56,277 nucleotides of DNA from a virus (IMGVR_UViG_3300036045_000012:1-56277); one strand, 5' to 3'. Numbered from the stretch's first letter, positions 35,318 to 45,315 are shown. The notes: a model not told the origin generated them from the letters alone. Numbers and translations are program-made.

Positions 35318-36740
35318 CGTGCTGATTTTCCCGTTCGAGCGGGAAGGGCGCATCGTCAACCGCAAGTACCGCGACACCGCCGGCAAGAAGTTTGCGCAGG
35401 ACAAGGGCGGCGAGCAAATCTTGTGGCGCCATGACGTGATTGCAGACGAGGGACTCGCCTCCGAACCGCTCGTCATCACCGAAGGCGAACTCGACGCGGT
35501 GGTGGCGGTCCAGGCGGGCTACTGGCGCACTGTGGCGTTCGCCGCCGGCGCGCCGGAGAAGCCCACAGAGGAGGGCAAGGACAGCGCGAAGTACGCTTGT
35601 CTCGACGCCGCCCGCGAGGCGCTCGACGGGGCGACCGAGATCATTCTCGCCGTCGACGGGGACCAGGCAGGCGTTGCGCTGCTGACGGACCTGCAGGCCC
35701 GGCTTGGCCCGGCGCGCTGCAAGTTCGTGACCTATCCGCGGGGCTGCAAGGATCTGAACGACGTGCTCCTCGCGCAGGGCATCGAGGGCGTGAGGAATTG
35801 CCTTGCGGGCGCAAAGTGGGTGCGTGCGCGCGGCGTGTTCAGGCTCTCCGAACTTCCGCCGCTCCCGCCGCTGAAAATCTGGAAGCCCGATCTCCACAAG
35901 GCGTCCGGCCTTGACGACCTCCTCACAATCTGTCCGGGGCAGGTGAGCGTCTGGACGGGCTATGCCGGGGAGGGAAAATCCACGCTCCTCAACGCCGCCA
36001 CATGGTCGATCGCCAGGCGGGAGGACTTCGCGCTCGCCGTGGGCACGTTCGAGGCGACGCCGCAGCGCGAGTACCTGAACGACGCGATCGCCTTCCTGGC
36101 GGGCAAGCCGCTCGATCTCGTCACCGAGGAAGAGCGCGAGCGCGCGACGCAATGGGTGGAGGATCACTGCATCTTCCTCAACGGCGACGGCTACGGAAAG
36201 CCCGGTTCAGAGGAATGGATCGACCAGACCTTCGACTGGTTCATCGACAGCGCCCGCGCAGCCATCGTCCGCTATGGCGCGCGCATCGCGATCCTCGACC
36301 CGTGGAGCCAGATCGACCACGACTACGACAGCCGGGAACGGGAAGACCTCTATGTCCGGCGCACGCTGAAACGGGCGAAGATGTTCGCGCGGTCCTTTGA
36401 CGTGCATCTCGCCATCGTCGCGCACCCGAAGAACCCGATTCGTAACCGCGACGGCTCCTACGACGTGCCGGACGGTTACAGCGTTTCCGGCGGCGCCCAC
36501 TGGAAGAACGCCCCGGACTTCGGCGTCACCGCGTTCCGCGACCCGCCCATGATCGAAATCGACGGCGAATACGAGCGCGACCCGAACTCCTCGCGCACGC
36601 TCATCCGCGTCTGGAAGAAGAAGAACCACCGCCTCATGGGCAAGCCCGGCGAGTGCTACGTCCAGCTCGACTGCAACACCGGGCGCTACCACTCCGCAGA
36701 GACCTTCGAGCGCACGAACACGAAGGGAAGGGGCGGCTGA
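35175..36740 (+). CDS. TOPRIM + DnaB-like helicase (T7 gp4/Twinkle-like) lacking ZBD
   Basis: VNRKYR, ITEGELDA, LAVDGDQAG, KDLNDVL, Walker A GYAGEGKST, ILDPW, IVAHP. Confidence 0.92.
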   Translation: MTATPINANATGSLSARARDWLAGRALDADLCEQLGIASRPARDGKSDVLIFPFEREGRIVNRKYRDTAGKKFAQDKGGEQILWRHDVIADEGLASEPLVITEGELDAVVAVQAGYWRTVAFAAGAPEKPTEEGKDSAKYACLDAAREALDGATEIILAVDGDQAGVALLTDLQARLGPARCKFVTYPRGCKDLNDVLLAQGIEGVRNCLAGAKWVRARGVFRLSELPPLPPLKIWKPDLHKASGLDDLLTICPGQVSVWTGYAGEGKSTLLNAATWSIARREDFALAVGTFEATPQREYLNDAIAFLAGKPLDLVTEEERERATQWVEDHCIFLNGDGYGKPGSEEWIDQTFDWFIDSARAAIVRYGARIAILDPWSQIDHDYDSREREDLYVRRTLKRAKMFARSFDVHLAIVAHPKNPIRNRDGSYDVPDGYSVSGGAHWKNAPDFGVTAFRDPPMIEIDGEYERDPNSSRTLIRVWKKKNHRLMGKPGECYVQLDCNTGRYHSAETFERTNTKGRGG

Positions 36741-36913
36741 TGAGCGAGCGCCTTCGCCGCCTTCTCGACGAGACCGTCGAGGCCGCCGAAGAGGCGCGCA
36801 ACCCCAACGAGCGTGAACGCTTGCGTGACGCCGCCGCACGCATCGCTGAAGCGCTCACGATTTCCGAAGGCTGGACCGACGGCGAAGACGACCGCTGGCT
36901 TTCGCCACACTGA
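36740..36913 (+). CDS. Small hypothetical protein
   Basis: TGATG coupling. Confidence 0.5.
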   Translation: MSERLRRLLDETVEAAEEARNPNERERLRDAAARIAEALTISEGWTDGEDDRWLSPH

Positions 36914-36927
36914 GAGGAGCAAGCCGC

Positions 36928-37323
36928 ATGACCCCCCACGCCTCAAAGCGCGCCCTCACCCGGTACGGCATGGAAATGACGATCGCGGATCTTCAAGCGC
37001 TTGCGGACGCCTGCAGGGAAGGGCGGGGCAAACGTCTGCAACGAAACAACGACGCTGACATCTGGGCCGTCTATTGGGAGCGCGCCGACCGCACCGTTCC
37101 CGTGGTCTATCACCGCAAGGCTGGGCGCGTGATCACGGTTCTCCCGAAGCGCCACCTAAACGGCCGGCGCTACCACGAACCCGACACCGACTGGGTAGAC
37201 GTCGCAGAAGACGACGCCTTCAACGCCGAAGCTCTGACAGACGTTCACTTCGATGTTCTGCGTGGAGAAGTCCCCAATGAAGTGATGGCGGTGAAATTGC
37301 GGGAAGCGGGAGTAGTGCGGTGA
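36928..37323 (+). CDS. Hypothetical protein (possible RelE-like fold)
   Basis: HASKRALTRYG..VVYH..VITVLP; GAGGAG RBS. Confidence 0.7.
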   Translation: MTPHASKRALTRYGMEMTIADLQALADACREGRGKRLQRNNDADIWAVYWERADRTVPVVYHRKAGRVITVLPKRHLNGRRYHEPDTDWVDVAEDDAFNAEALTDVHFDVLRGEVPNEVMAVKLREAGVVR

Positions 37324-37336
37324 ACGCAGGCTTCCG

Positions 37337-37360
37337 TTAACCATGACCGTCGTCTAGATT
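37337..37360 (+). promoter_or_regulatory. CtrA half-site and -10 box before DnaA_C regulator
   Basis: TTAACCAT (37337-44); TAGATT (37355-60) 6 nt before ATG. Confidence 0.5.
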
Positions 37361-37366
37361 CCATGC

Positions 37367-38164
37367 ATGAGCACCTGGGCGATTTCGCAGAACCATCCGT
37401 TTTCCCAAGACCCGCGTTTCGCCGATGACGTGCGGTTCGCTTGGCGCAGTCTGATGATGTTGTGCGCGCAATTCGGCGTCGATCCTTTCCTCGCCGCAGG
37501 ACGTCGCCGCAAGGACGACGCCATCAAGGTTCGCAAGCTCTGGTTCAATCTCACCCGCCCCTTCATCACGGGCACGATGCTGTCGAAGATCACGGGCTTC
37601 AACCGCTCGACGATCGAGGACGACACCGCGGAGGTCGAGCGCTGGCGGCGCGCGAACCCCAATATCGACGAGGCTCTCGACAAGCTCACCGACCAGATGG
37701 AGTCCGCGCGCTCCGTGATCGAGACGGCGGACGACGTGCTCTTCTGGATCGAGAGGGAACGCGAATACGAGCGTGCGCCCGACGCGCGGCCGGCGCCGCT
37801 TCTTGAGGCCGCCGCAAAGCCGCAGGCAGCCCACCCCTACGTGTCCATAATCGCGAAATACGCCCCTCTGACCCGCATCCTCGGACCCATCGCCAGTGGC
37901 AAGGAACGCCCCGAAGGCGCAATGGCGTGGGCCTCAGTCGCCGATTCCGTCGGCGCCGAGATCATCCATCTGGACTGGGCGGGCCACCGCGATCTTCTTC
38001 GCGATGCGCTCCCGCACGCAGAAGAAGCGTTGCGCCGCGCCGGCAAGCGCGTTTCGATGGCGATCGACGTGACCCATCCCACGCTCAAGATGAAGTATCG
38101 GGGCCTCATCACCATCGGCTCTTCGCTTGGAAACGTGCGCGGGGCGGGGAGCACCACGCGCTAA
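37367..38164 (+). CDS. DnaA C-terminal-like HTH regulator; candidate late activator
   Basis: AQFGVD..R..VRKLWFNL..LSKITGFNRSTIEDDTAEVERWR..IDEALDKL resembles DnaA domain IV; last gene before packaging module. Confidence 0.65.
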   Translation: MSTWAISQNHPFSQDPRFADDVRFAWRSLMMLCAQFGVDPFLAAGRRRKDDAIKVRKLWFNLTRPFITGTMLSKITGFNRSTIEDDTAEVERWRRANPNIDEALDKLTDQMESARSVIETADDVLFWIEREREYERAPDARPAPLLEAAAKPQAAHPYVSIIAKYAPLTRILGPIASGKERPEGAMAWASVADSVGAEIIHLDWAGHRDLLRDALPHAEEALRRAGKRVSMAIDVTHPTLKMKYRGLITIGSSLGNVRGAGSTTR

Positions 38165-38194
38165 CGCCACACGCAGGCCCGACGCCGCCATACT
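38163..38194 (+). promoter_or_regulatory. Late promoter motif (variant)
   Basis: AACGCCAC-N18-CATACT, ATG 6 nt later. Confidence 0.5.
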
Positions 38195-38200
38195 TATCCC

Positions 38201-38545
38201 ATGGCGACAAACATCCAGGCTCTCGAACGCGGTGGCTACAGCGCATACGGACAGGCATGGACCGACGACCGCTGCCGCATCGTCTATCTCCAGACCGAAG
38301 AGGATGAGGCGCACCCGATTACGGTGACGTTTCCCTCTGCGATTTCCACCGTCACAGAAGCGGAAGGCGGTGCGATGTCCTCGACGCCAGCCATCTCCGA
38401 GTCGTCCTTCACCGCCACGCTCACCGGTCTCTCTGACGGCTATCGTCTCGAATATCTCGTGACGCTCACAAGCGGGGAGGCTCGCCGCCTCCGCATCATG
38501 GGAGCCCCGAGATACGACGTGGAAAGTAGGGACTACGCGGGATGA
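38201..38545 (+). CDS. Beta-rich virion accessory/adaptor-like protein
   Basis: All-beta composition, position before terS. Confidence 0.6.
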   Translation: MATNIQALERGGYSAYGQAWTDDRCRIVYLQTEEDEAHPITVTFPSAISTVTEAEGGAMSSTPAISESSFTATLTGLSDGYRLEYLVTLTSGEARRLRIMGAPRYDVESRDYAG

Positions 38546-38546
38546 T

Positions 38547-38578
38547 AACCCCGCGCCTTTGAATTCGCTGCGTATCCT
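38547..38578 (+). promoter_or_regulatory. Late promoter motif upstream of terS
   Basis: AACCCCGC-N18-TATCCT. Confidence 0.6.
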
Positions 38579-38608
38579 TGCCGAATTCAAACGGACGGAA
38601 TTCAAACC

Positions 38609-39073
38609 ATGGCGAGAGGCGGAGCCCGGCCAGGAGCAGGACGAAAACCCAAAGGCGTTGCGCCAAAGCGCAAACCGCCGAAGCGCAAGTTCGTTCCGAG
38701 CGAGACGCCGAAGCCTGCGCCTCAGAGCCGGACCCAGAGCGGCACTTTCACGACCGGCGCTTCGGCAAACCCCGGAGGACGCCCCAAAGGCTTCTCCGAT
38801 CTTCGCAAGGCCGCGCGGGAATACACCAACGACGCACTCGACACGCTCGTCATGTGGATGCGGAGCGACAACGCCAAGGCTGCGGTGTCTGCGGCGAACG
38901 CCATTCTCGACCGTGGCTGGGGCAAGCCGCAGCAGAACATCAGCGCGACCATCCGAGACATGCGGGCGATGACCGATGCAGAACTCTATGGCTTCCTTGC
39001 CGGAGACGATGAGCAGGGCGGGCGCGGCGAGGGAACTGCTCCGGCGCCGGGCGATACGGGCCTCCCCAATTGA
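38609..39073 (+). CDS. terS: Terminase small subunit
   Basis: RGGARPGAGRKP, GASANPGGRPKG, AANAILDRGWGKP; directly before terL. Confidence 0.8.
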   Translation: MARGGARPGAGRKPKGVAPKRKPPKRKFVPSETPKPAPQSRTQSGTFTTGASANPGGRPKGFSDLRKAAREYTNDALDTLVMWMRSDNAKAAVSAANAILDRGWGKPQQNISATIRDMRAMTDAELYGFLAGDDEQGGRGEGTAPAPGDTGLPN

Positions 39074-40466
39074 GTGGGCGCGCCACAAGGGCTTCCAGCC
39101 GGCGGCGCACCACGCCTTCATCCTGGACCAGATTGTTGAGTTCCTCGACAGCGAGGACGAGGTGCTCTTGCTCTTCGCGCCGCCGGGGTCGGCGAAGAGC
39201 ACCTATCTTTCGCACCTGTTTCCGGCCTGGTATCTGAGCCGCTATCCGGGAAACTCCATCCTCGCGGCGACGCACAACATCGAATTCGCCGAGCGATGGG
39301 GCAGGCGGGTCCGCAATGACATTGCCTCTGACGGGCACATTCTCGGCATCGCGCTGGCCGAAGACAACACCGCCGCCGCTCGTTGGGGTCTGCAGTCCGG
39401 CGGCGAGTATTACGGCGTTGGCGCCGGCGTCGGCATCTCGGGCTTTCGCGCCGACCTCGGACTGGGAGACGACTTCTTCGGGAGCCGGGAAGACGCATTT
39501 TCCGCGACGGTGCGGCGCAAGCGTTGGGACTGGTATGTCGACGACTTCAGCTCTCGCCTGAAGCCCAGGGCCAAGCGCGTTCTCATGAACACCCGCTGGC
39601 ATGAGGAGGACGTGGCGGGGAGGGCGCTGGGGCAGATTGAACGAGGCGATGTGAAGGGTCGCGTGATCTCGATCCCCGCCATTGCGGAGGAGGGCGACAT
39701 TCTCGGCCGCGCGCCCGGAGAATATCTCTGGGCCAATGACCCGGCCTACGATTATCCGGCGTTCCTGCGCGCCCGCCAGCGCGAGACGAGCGCCATGATG
39801 TGGGCCGCGCTCTATCAGCAGCGCCCGGCGCCGGAAGAGGGCGACTATTTCCAGCGTGGCTGGTTCAAGCGCTACGGGACGGACGAGCTTCCCAAGTCGC
39901 TCAACATCTTCGGGACAAGCGACTACGGCACGAAGGAGGGCAGCGGCGACTTCACCGTCCATCGGGTCTGGGGCATCGACCATGCGTCGCATATCTGGCT
40001 CCTCGGAGGCTGGCGCGGACAGGCGACGACGGATGTGTGGATCGACAAGCAACTCGATCTCATCGCCAAGTACCGCCCCACGGCATGGTTTGGGGAAGCG
40101 GGCGTCATCAAGAACGCGATTGATCCGTTCCTTCAGCGCCGGTCGCAGGAGCGGAACATCTATACATGGTTCGACTGGCTGCCCTCGATATCGGACAAGA
40201 GCACCCATGCTCGCGGCTTTCAGGCCCGCGCGGCGATGGGCATGGTGCATGTCCCCGAGGGCCATGACGGCGACGAGTGGATTGAGCAGATGATCTCGTT
40301 CCCGACAGGCAAGCACGACGACGAAGTGGACGCCGCGGGCAAGATGGGGCGCGCGCTCGACGAAGCCCATCCCGCGACGAAGGGCGTGCAGTCGCCAGCG
40401 TCGCCGCGACCAGGCGACTACGGCTTCGGCCGCTCCCGTTCCTCCAATGACTGGAAAACCGCCTAA
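39009..40466 (+). CDS. terL: Terminase large subunit
   Basis: APPGSAKST, GFRADLGLGDD, MNTRWHEED, ALYQQRP, FPTGKHDDEVDA. Confidence 0.95.
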   Translation: MSRAGAARELLRRRAIRASPIEWARHKGFQPAAHHAFILDQIVEFLDSEDEVLLLFAPPGSAKSTYLSHLFPAWYLSRYPGNSILAATHNIEFAERWGRRVRNDIASDGHILGIALAEDNTAAARWGLQSGGEYYGVGAGVGISGFRADLGLGDDFFGSREDAFSATVRRKRWDWYVDDFSSRLKPRAKRVLMNTRWHEEDVAGRALGQIERGDVKGRVISIPAIAEEGDILGRAPGEYLWANDPAYDYPAFLRARQRETSAMMWAALYQQRPAPEEGDYFQRGWFKRYGTDELPKSLNIFGTSDYGTKEGSGDFTVHRVWGIDHASHIWLLGGWRGQATTDVWIDKQLDLIAKYRPTAWFGEAGVIKNAIDPFLQRRSQERNIYTWFDWLPSISDKSTHARGFQARAAMGMVHVPEGHDGDEWIEQMISFPTGKHDDEVDAAGKMGRALDEAHPATKGVQSPASPRPGDYGFGRSRSSNDWKTA

Positions 40467-40496
40467 CCCCGCGCCAGCGCCCCGCGATCCGATACT
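40465..40496 (+). promoter_or_regulatory. Late promoter motif upstream of portal
   Basis: AACCCCGC-N18-GATACT, ATG 6 nt later. Confidence 0.7.
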
Positions 40497-40502
40497 CCCG
40501 CC

Positions 40503-42686
40503 ATGTATGATGGCGCTTCCATGTCCCCCGAAGATGGGGAAGAGTACGACGGTCTCGGCATCGAGACCTACAAGCGGTACTGGCAGGAATACGTCTCCGA
40601 CAGCGCAGAGCCGCGCCGGCAGAGCTTCATCGACCAAGACTATTACGACGGCGACGTGACCGGAACGGGGCTCGGTCACTACACGCAAGGCGAACTGGAC
40701 AAGTTCGCGCTCCGCAACCAGCCGCCGACTGTCTTCAACCTGATTCAGCGCCAGGTGGATTCGATCTCGGGCGTGGAGCAGCGAGCGCGCTCCGAGCCTC
40801 GCGCCAAGCCCCGCACGCCGAAAGACCAGAAGGGCTCCGAAGTCGGCACCGACGTGCTCCGCTTCGTGAAGGACCAGAGCCGCTTGTCAATGATCAAGGC
40901 GAATGCGTTTCTCGACGCGCTGAAAAGCGGAACTGCTGCGGTCGAGATCGGCTCCGGTTCGCGCACTGTGCCGATCTCGCAGATCGAAAGCCGCGACTTC
41001 TTCTACGACCCGCGCTCGCGTCGCTACGACTTCTCGGACGCCCGGTTTCTCGGATCGGCCAAGTGGCTGGACGAAGACGTGGCGCTCTCCATCTATCTTC
41101 CGCCGCGCCCGCAAGAGCCGCCGCCGATTCCGGAACAGCCGGCGATCCCCGAGCCGCCGGAAGATCCATACCTCTATGCACAGTGGGAGCCGCTCGCGAT
41201 GCAGGCGGTGGCGCTCTGGCGTCAGCAAGCCGCCGCCGTCGAAGCCGCTCAGCAGCAATATGAACGTGACGTCGCCGAGTACGAGCGGATCAAGACAGCG
41301 ATTCAATCGACGATGGCCGGCTCTCCCGCGGGCGAACTCGCCGACAGCGGCTGGGATGATCTGCCGAACAGTTCCATGCTGGGCGACACCACGCGCCGCC
41401 GCGTCTTCGTCATCGATATGTGGCACCGCGATCCGAAGAAGGGATGGTTTCGCTGCGTGTTCACGGGCGGGGGCAAGCTCTTCACCGAGGCCGCGACCGT
41501 GCTCGACGACATGGGCCGCCCGACGCATCCCATCGTGGCGTTCTCGCTCTATGTGTCGCGCCGGAACTGGCGCTACGGCGTCATCCGCAACATGCGCTCG
41601 CCGCAGGACGAGACGAACAAGCGCCGGTCTAAGTCGCTTCACCTCCTGACGACGAACCAGATCATCATGGAGCAAGGCGCGTCGGTCGACGGCAATGACG
41701 AAAACCTCCGCGCGGAAGCTGCGCGCCCTGACGGCAAGATGGTGGTCCGTCCCAACGCGCGGTTTGAACTCGTGAAGAATCTCGACCTCGCACAGGGCCA
41801 GAAGGCGATGGGCGATGAGGCGAAGTTCTTCCTCGAAAATCTCGGCCCGAACCCGCAACTCCGCGGCGAACAGGGCCAAGCCTCATCGGGCCGCGCAATC
41901 CTCGCCTTGCAACAGGCGGGTCTGGGCGCGCTCGGTCCCGTCTTCGACCGCTTCTACGACTGGGAGTTGCGCGTCTATCGGGCGATCTGGTCGCGCATCA
42001 AGCAGTTCTGGAACGAGGAGATGTATGTCCGCATCACCGACGACGAAGGCCAGGAGCAGTTCGTCGGCGTGAACGGTGCGCGCGCGCCGCGCAATCCGCG
42101 CAATCCCCCGCAGGCGGGCGCCGCGCCTGTCATGCCAGGCGGTCCCGGAGCCATGCCGCCGACGGGCGCGATGGCGCAGCCGATGATGGGCCACAATGGC
42201 GGCCCGATGATGGAAGCCGAAGACATGGGCGAGCCGGGCCCTATGCTCGGCGAACTCGACTTCGACATCGTCATCGACCGCTCGCCGGAAGCTGCGACCC
42301 TGCAGGCGGAGCAGTTCGAGACGCTCGGACAACTTGCGGCATCAGGCATGCCGATCCCGCCTGACGTGATCATCGAGGCTTCGTCCCTCCCGAACAAGCA
42401 GATGCTTCTCGACAAGCTCAAGAAGGCCGGGGAGGGGCCGAACCCGCAGCAGCAGGCGCAGATGGAAGAGGTGCGCGCCAAGCTCGCCGAGGTGGTCGCC
42501 TCTGTCGAGAAGATGAAGAGCGAGACGCGCAAGAACGACGCGCAGACGGCGCAGATCATCGCCGAAACCCGCAACACAAACGCCGATACTACACTCTCCG
42601 GCATGGAGCGAACCGCTGCGTTGATGCGGCCGCAAGCTCCCTCAGCGCCGCCGGCTGCAACGGGCGACTTCGGGCCGCCGCTGTAA
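40503..42686 (+). CDS. Portal protein (P22-like)
   Basis: DYYDG..RNQPPTVFNLI..YGVIRNMRSPQDETNKRRSK..SGRAILALQQAG; Q-rich barrel tail. Confidence 0.92.
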   Translation: MYDGASMSPEDGEEYDGLGIETYKRYWQEYVSDSAEPRRQSFIDQDYYDGDVTGTGLGHYTQGELDKFALRNQPPTVFNLIQRQVDSISGVEQRARSEPRAKPRTPKDQKGSEVGTDVLRFVKDQSRLSMIKANAFLDALKSGTAAVEIGSGSRTVPISQIESRDFFYDPRSRRYDFSDARFLGSAKWLDEDVALSIYLPPRPQEPPPIPEQPAIPEPPEDPYLYAQWEPLAMQAVALWRQQAAAVEAAQQQYERDVAEYERIKTAIQSTMAGSPAGELADSGWDDLPNSSMLGDTTRRRVFVIDMWHRDPKKGWFRCVFTGGGKLFTEAATVLDDMGRPTHPIVAFSLYVSRRNWRYGVIRNMRSPQDETNKRRSKSLHLLTTNQIIMEQGASVDGNDENLRAEAARPDGKMVVRPNARFELVKNLDLAQGQKAMGDEAKFFLENLGPNPQLRGEQGQASSGRAILALQQAGLGALGPVFDRFYDWELRVYRAIWSRIKQFWNEEMYVRITDDEGQEQFVGVNGARAPRNPRNPPQAGAAPVMPGGPGAMPPTGAMAQPMMGHNGGPMMEAEDMGEPGPMLGELDFDIVIDRSPEAATLQAEQFETLGQLAASGMPIPPDVIIEASSLPNKQMLLDKLKKAGEGPNPQQQAQMEEVRAKLAEVVASVEKMKSETRKNDAQTAQIIAETRNTNADTTLSGMERTAALMRPQAPSAPPAATGDFGPPL

Positions 42687-42731
42687 CGGGCGTCTTCGTC
42701 TGGTCCACGCACGGACTGAGGGCAGTGTAGG

Positions 42732-43604
42732 ATGAGCGGATACGACGCGTTGATGGGCAAAGGCCCGGCGGCGACGGACGAGCAGATCGGGCAACCGCAC
42801 GCGGCGGCCCCTGAAGTTCAGCCATCGGAAACGCCGACGCCAGCGCCAACGGGCGAACCAGTTTCAGCGACCCCGCCGGCAAGCGAGCACGTCTCGCCGC
42901 CCGCGCCCGTCGCACAAGAGGCAGCGCCGCCGGCTGCAGAGCGTCATGACGGCTACGTCCCGATCAATGTCCTCCTGAGAACGCGCGAGGAGTTGGGCGG
43001 AAAGGTGCGGCAGTTCGAGGCGAGAGCCGCCGATCTGCAACGCCAGCTCGACGACATCAAACGTCGCGAAGAGGAGGCGGTTCTTCCGCAGCCAGACCCG
43101 CTTCTCGATCCCGACGCCTTCCGGGCGCACTTCGAGGATGTGGTCCAGCAGCGCACGGACGATCTCCGCAGGGAGTACGAGTCGAACCTCGCGCGTCTGC
43201 GTGAGCAAGGCTCGGCCCGTCACTGGAGCGCGCAGCTCGGCGCGGAAGAATGGGTTCAGTTCAATAGCTGGCTCGGCACGCTTCCCGCAGACGCCCGCAA
43301 GGATCTTCTCCGGTGCGACGACCCCTACGGGACGGCGTATCCGAAGTTCCGGAAGTTCCGGACGTTTGAAACGCTCGGCGGAAGGACGCCGCAGGAATGG
43401 ATGGACGAGCAGTTCGAGGCGATCGCCGCGCAGCGCGGCTACACGCTTCAGGCCGCAACGCCGTCGACGCCAGCGCCCGTCGCAACGCCTGCACCTCCGC
43501 AGACTCAGCCTCGCCGATCGGCGCCGTCTCTCTCTGAAGTCGTGGGCGTCACGACCTCGAAGGACGCGCCGGTCTCCGGATACGACGCTTTGTTCAAGAG
43601 GTAA
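42732..43604 (+). CDS. Scaffolding protein
   Basis: Pro/Ala-rich N-terminus, coiled coil, PDPLLDPDAF, APSLS; between portal and capsid. Confidence 0.8.
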   Translation: MSGYDALMGKGPAATDEQIGQPHAAAPEVQPSETPTPAPTGEPVSATPPASEHVSPPAPVAQEAAPPAAERHDGYVPINVLLRTREELGGKVRQFEARAADLQRQLDDIKRREEEAVLPQPDPLLDPDAFRAHFEDVVQQRTDDLRREYESNLARLREQGSARHWSAQLGAEEWVQFNSWLGTLPADARKDLLRCDDPYGTAYPKFRKFRTFETLGGRTPQEWMDEQFEAIAAQRGYTLQAATPSTPAPVATPAPPQTQPRRSAPSLSEVVGVTTSKDAPVSGYDALFKR

Positions 43605-43610
43605 CAGGCC

Positions 43611-44780
43611 ATGGCCGAAACGACTCTCAACTCAGCCCACTACGTTCAGAAGTGGTCGGCTGAAACCTTCATGGAATTTCAGCGCGAAAGCGGCTTCCTC
43701 GGCTACACCGGCGAAGGCGCCAACAACATCATCGTCTCCCGCAAGGAGCTTGTCGGCGGCGGTCAGACCATCAACATCCCGTTCTTCCCCGACCTCACCG
43801 GCGATGGCGTTTCCGGCGCTGACGTGCTGGAGGGCAACGAGGAAGCGGCGAGCGCATCCAACGAACAGGTCACGGTGCGCTTCCTGCGCCACGCGACGAA
43901 GTTCACGAAGAACGACACCTCGTTCGTCGGCTTCGACCTGCTGAGGGCGTCCAAGACGCTGGTCAAGAACTGGGGCAAGAACAAGGTTCGCGCCCGCATC
44001 ATCGACCAGTTTCTCTCTGTGCGTCCGTCCGGCACGGGCGACAACATCTATTACGGCAAGGTCACCTCGTCTTCGAACGGCCCGGTCATCACGACCGCCA
44101 ACTCGATCGGCGCAGTCGTCTCCATCGACGGCCGCTCGGTCACGACCGCGACGGAAGCCAACAAGGACACCTGGATCACGAACAACGCCGACCGCGTTGT
44201 GGCGGGCATCGCGCTCTCCAATGTGACCACGGACCACTCCGCGACGCTGGCGAACTGCGACACGACGAACGACACGCCCCGCGCGTCGATCATCGACCTC
44301 GCACGCTCCAAGGCCAAGCTCTCGAACCCGAAGATCACCCCCTTCATGGTCGATGGCGACGCGAACGAATGGTACGTCCTGTTCTGCGGCACCCGCGTGT
44401 TCCGCTATTTCGAGCAGGACGCGACGATCCTCGCGGCTGACCGTGAATCGCGTGCGCGTGATGCAGGCGCCCTCAAGAACAACCCGATGTTCACGGGCGG
44501 CGAACTGCTCTATCGCGGCGTCATCATCAAGGAAATCCCGGAGATTCCGGTGCTTTCGGGCGTCGGCAATTCCGGCGCCGACGTCGGCGTTGCTTTTCTG
44601 TGCGGTCGCCAAGCGCTCGCATGGGCCGTCGGCCAGGAGATGCGTTCCATCGAGGACATGTCGGACTATGAGTTCCGCCGCGGCCTCGGGATCGAGATGC
44701 TCGACGCCTACAAGAAGATCCACTTCGGCGCGAGCCCGGTCCAGCACGGCGTCGTCACCGTGTACATGGCCGTCGCCTAA
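43611..44780 (+). CDS. Major capsid protein (DUF4043/N4-gp56-like)
   Basis: LTGDGVSG..LEGNEE, NPMFTGGELLYRGVII, FLCGRQALAWA, QHGVVT. Confidence 0.9.
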   Translation: MAETTLNSAHYVQKWSAETFMEFQRESGFLGYTGEGANNIIVSRKELVGGGQTINIPFFPDLTGDGVSGADVLEGNEEAASASNEQVTVRFLRHATKFTKNDTSFVGFDLLRASKTLVKNWGKNKVRARIIDQFLSVRPSGTGDNIYYGKVTSSSNGPVITTANSIGAVVSIDGRSVTTATEANKDTWITNNADRVVAGIALSNVTTDHSATLANCDTTNDTPRASIIDLARSKAKLSNPKITPFMVDGDANEWYVLFCGTRVFRYFEQDATILAADRESRARDAGALKNNPMFTGGELLYRGVIIKEIPEIPVLSGVGNSGADVGVAFLCGRQALAWAVGQEMRSIEDMSDYEFRRGLGIEMLDAYKKIHFGASPVQHGVVTVYMAVA

Positions 44781-44798
44781 GCCAGAGGAGAAGAGACA

Positions 44799-45308
44799 AT
44801 GGCAACCTTCACTGGCCCGCGCGGCTATTCTTCCATTCCTCCGGTCGATCTCAACGTGGGCTTCGCCACGTTCGGCATCCCCGGCTGGATCGACATCGCG
44901 GCGAACCCGACCGCAAACGACGTGTATCAGCTCTGCTACGTGCCGGCGGGTTTCGTCGTCACGGGCGGCATGATGTATGTCGCTGACCTCGACACGGGCA
45001 CCGAAACGCTCGACATGGATCTGGGCTGGGCCGCCAATGGCGGTTCCGGAACCTATGACGCGATCGACGCCGATGGCCTCGGCAATTTCGGCGTCCTGAC
45101 AGGCGATGCGTTCGCGAACCCGTCCATCTCGCCGACGGCAGGCAACGTCATCCCGTTCGCGGGCATCCTTTCCACCGGCATCTTCCCGTTCTTCACGAAG
45201 AAGACGCTGATCCAGGCGACCTGTGTGGCGACGGCGGCGACCTTCGCCGCCGGTCGTCTGTCGGTCGAAGTCCGCGGTTACGTCAACCCGTCCCTCGTGG
45301 TCGGCTAA
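44799..45308 (+). CDS. Capsid decoration/minor head protein
   Basis: Beta-rich, DLDTGTETL..DLG; directly after MCP. Confidence 0.65.
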   Translation: MATFTGPRGYSSIPPVDLNVGFATFGIPGWIDIAANPTANDVYQLCYVPAGFVVTGGMMYVADLDTGTETLDMDLGWAANGGSGTYDAIDADGLGNFGVLTGDAFANPSISPTAGNVIPFAGILSTGIFPFFTKKTLIQATCVATAATFAAGRLSVEVRGYVNPSLVVG

Positions 45309-45315
45309 CAGGGGA

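Noticed and set aside
41095-41170. Pro-rich insertion in portal as an intein or mobile insert
   Set aside because: No intein or endonuclease motifs; a low-complexity loop.
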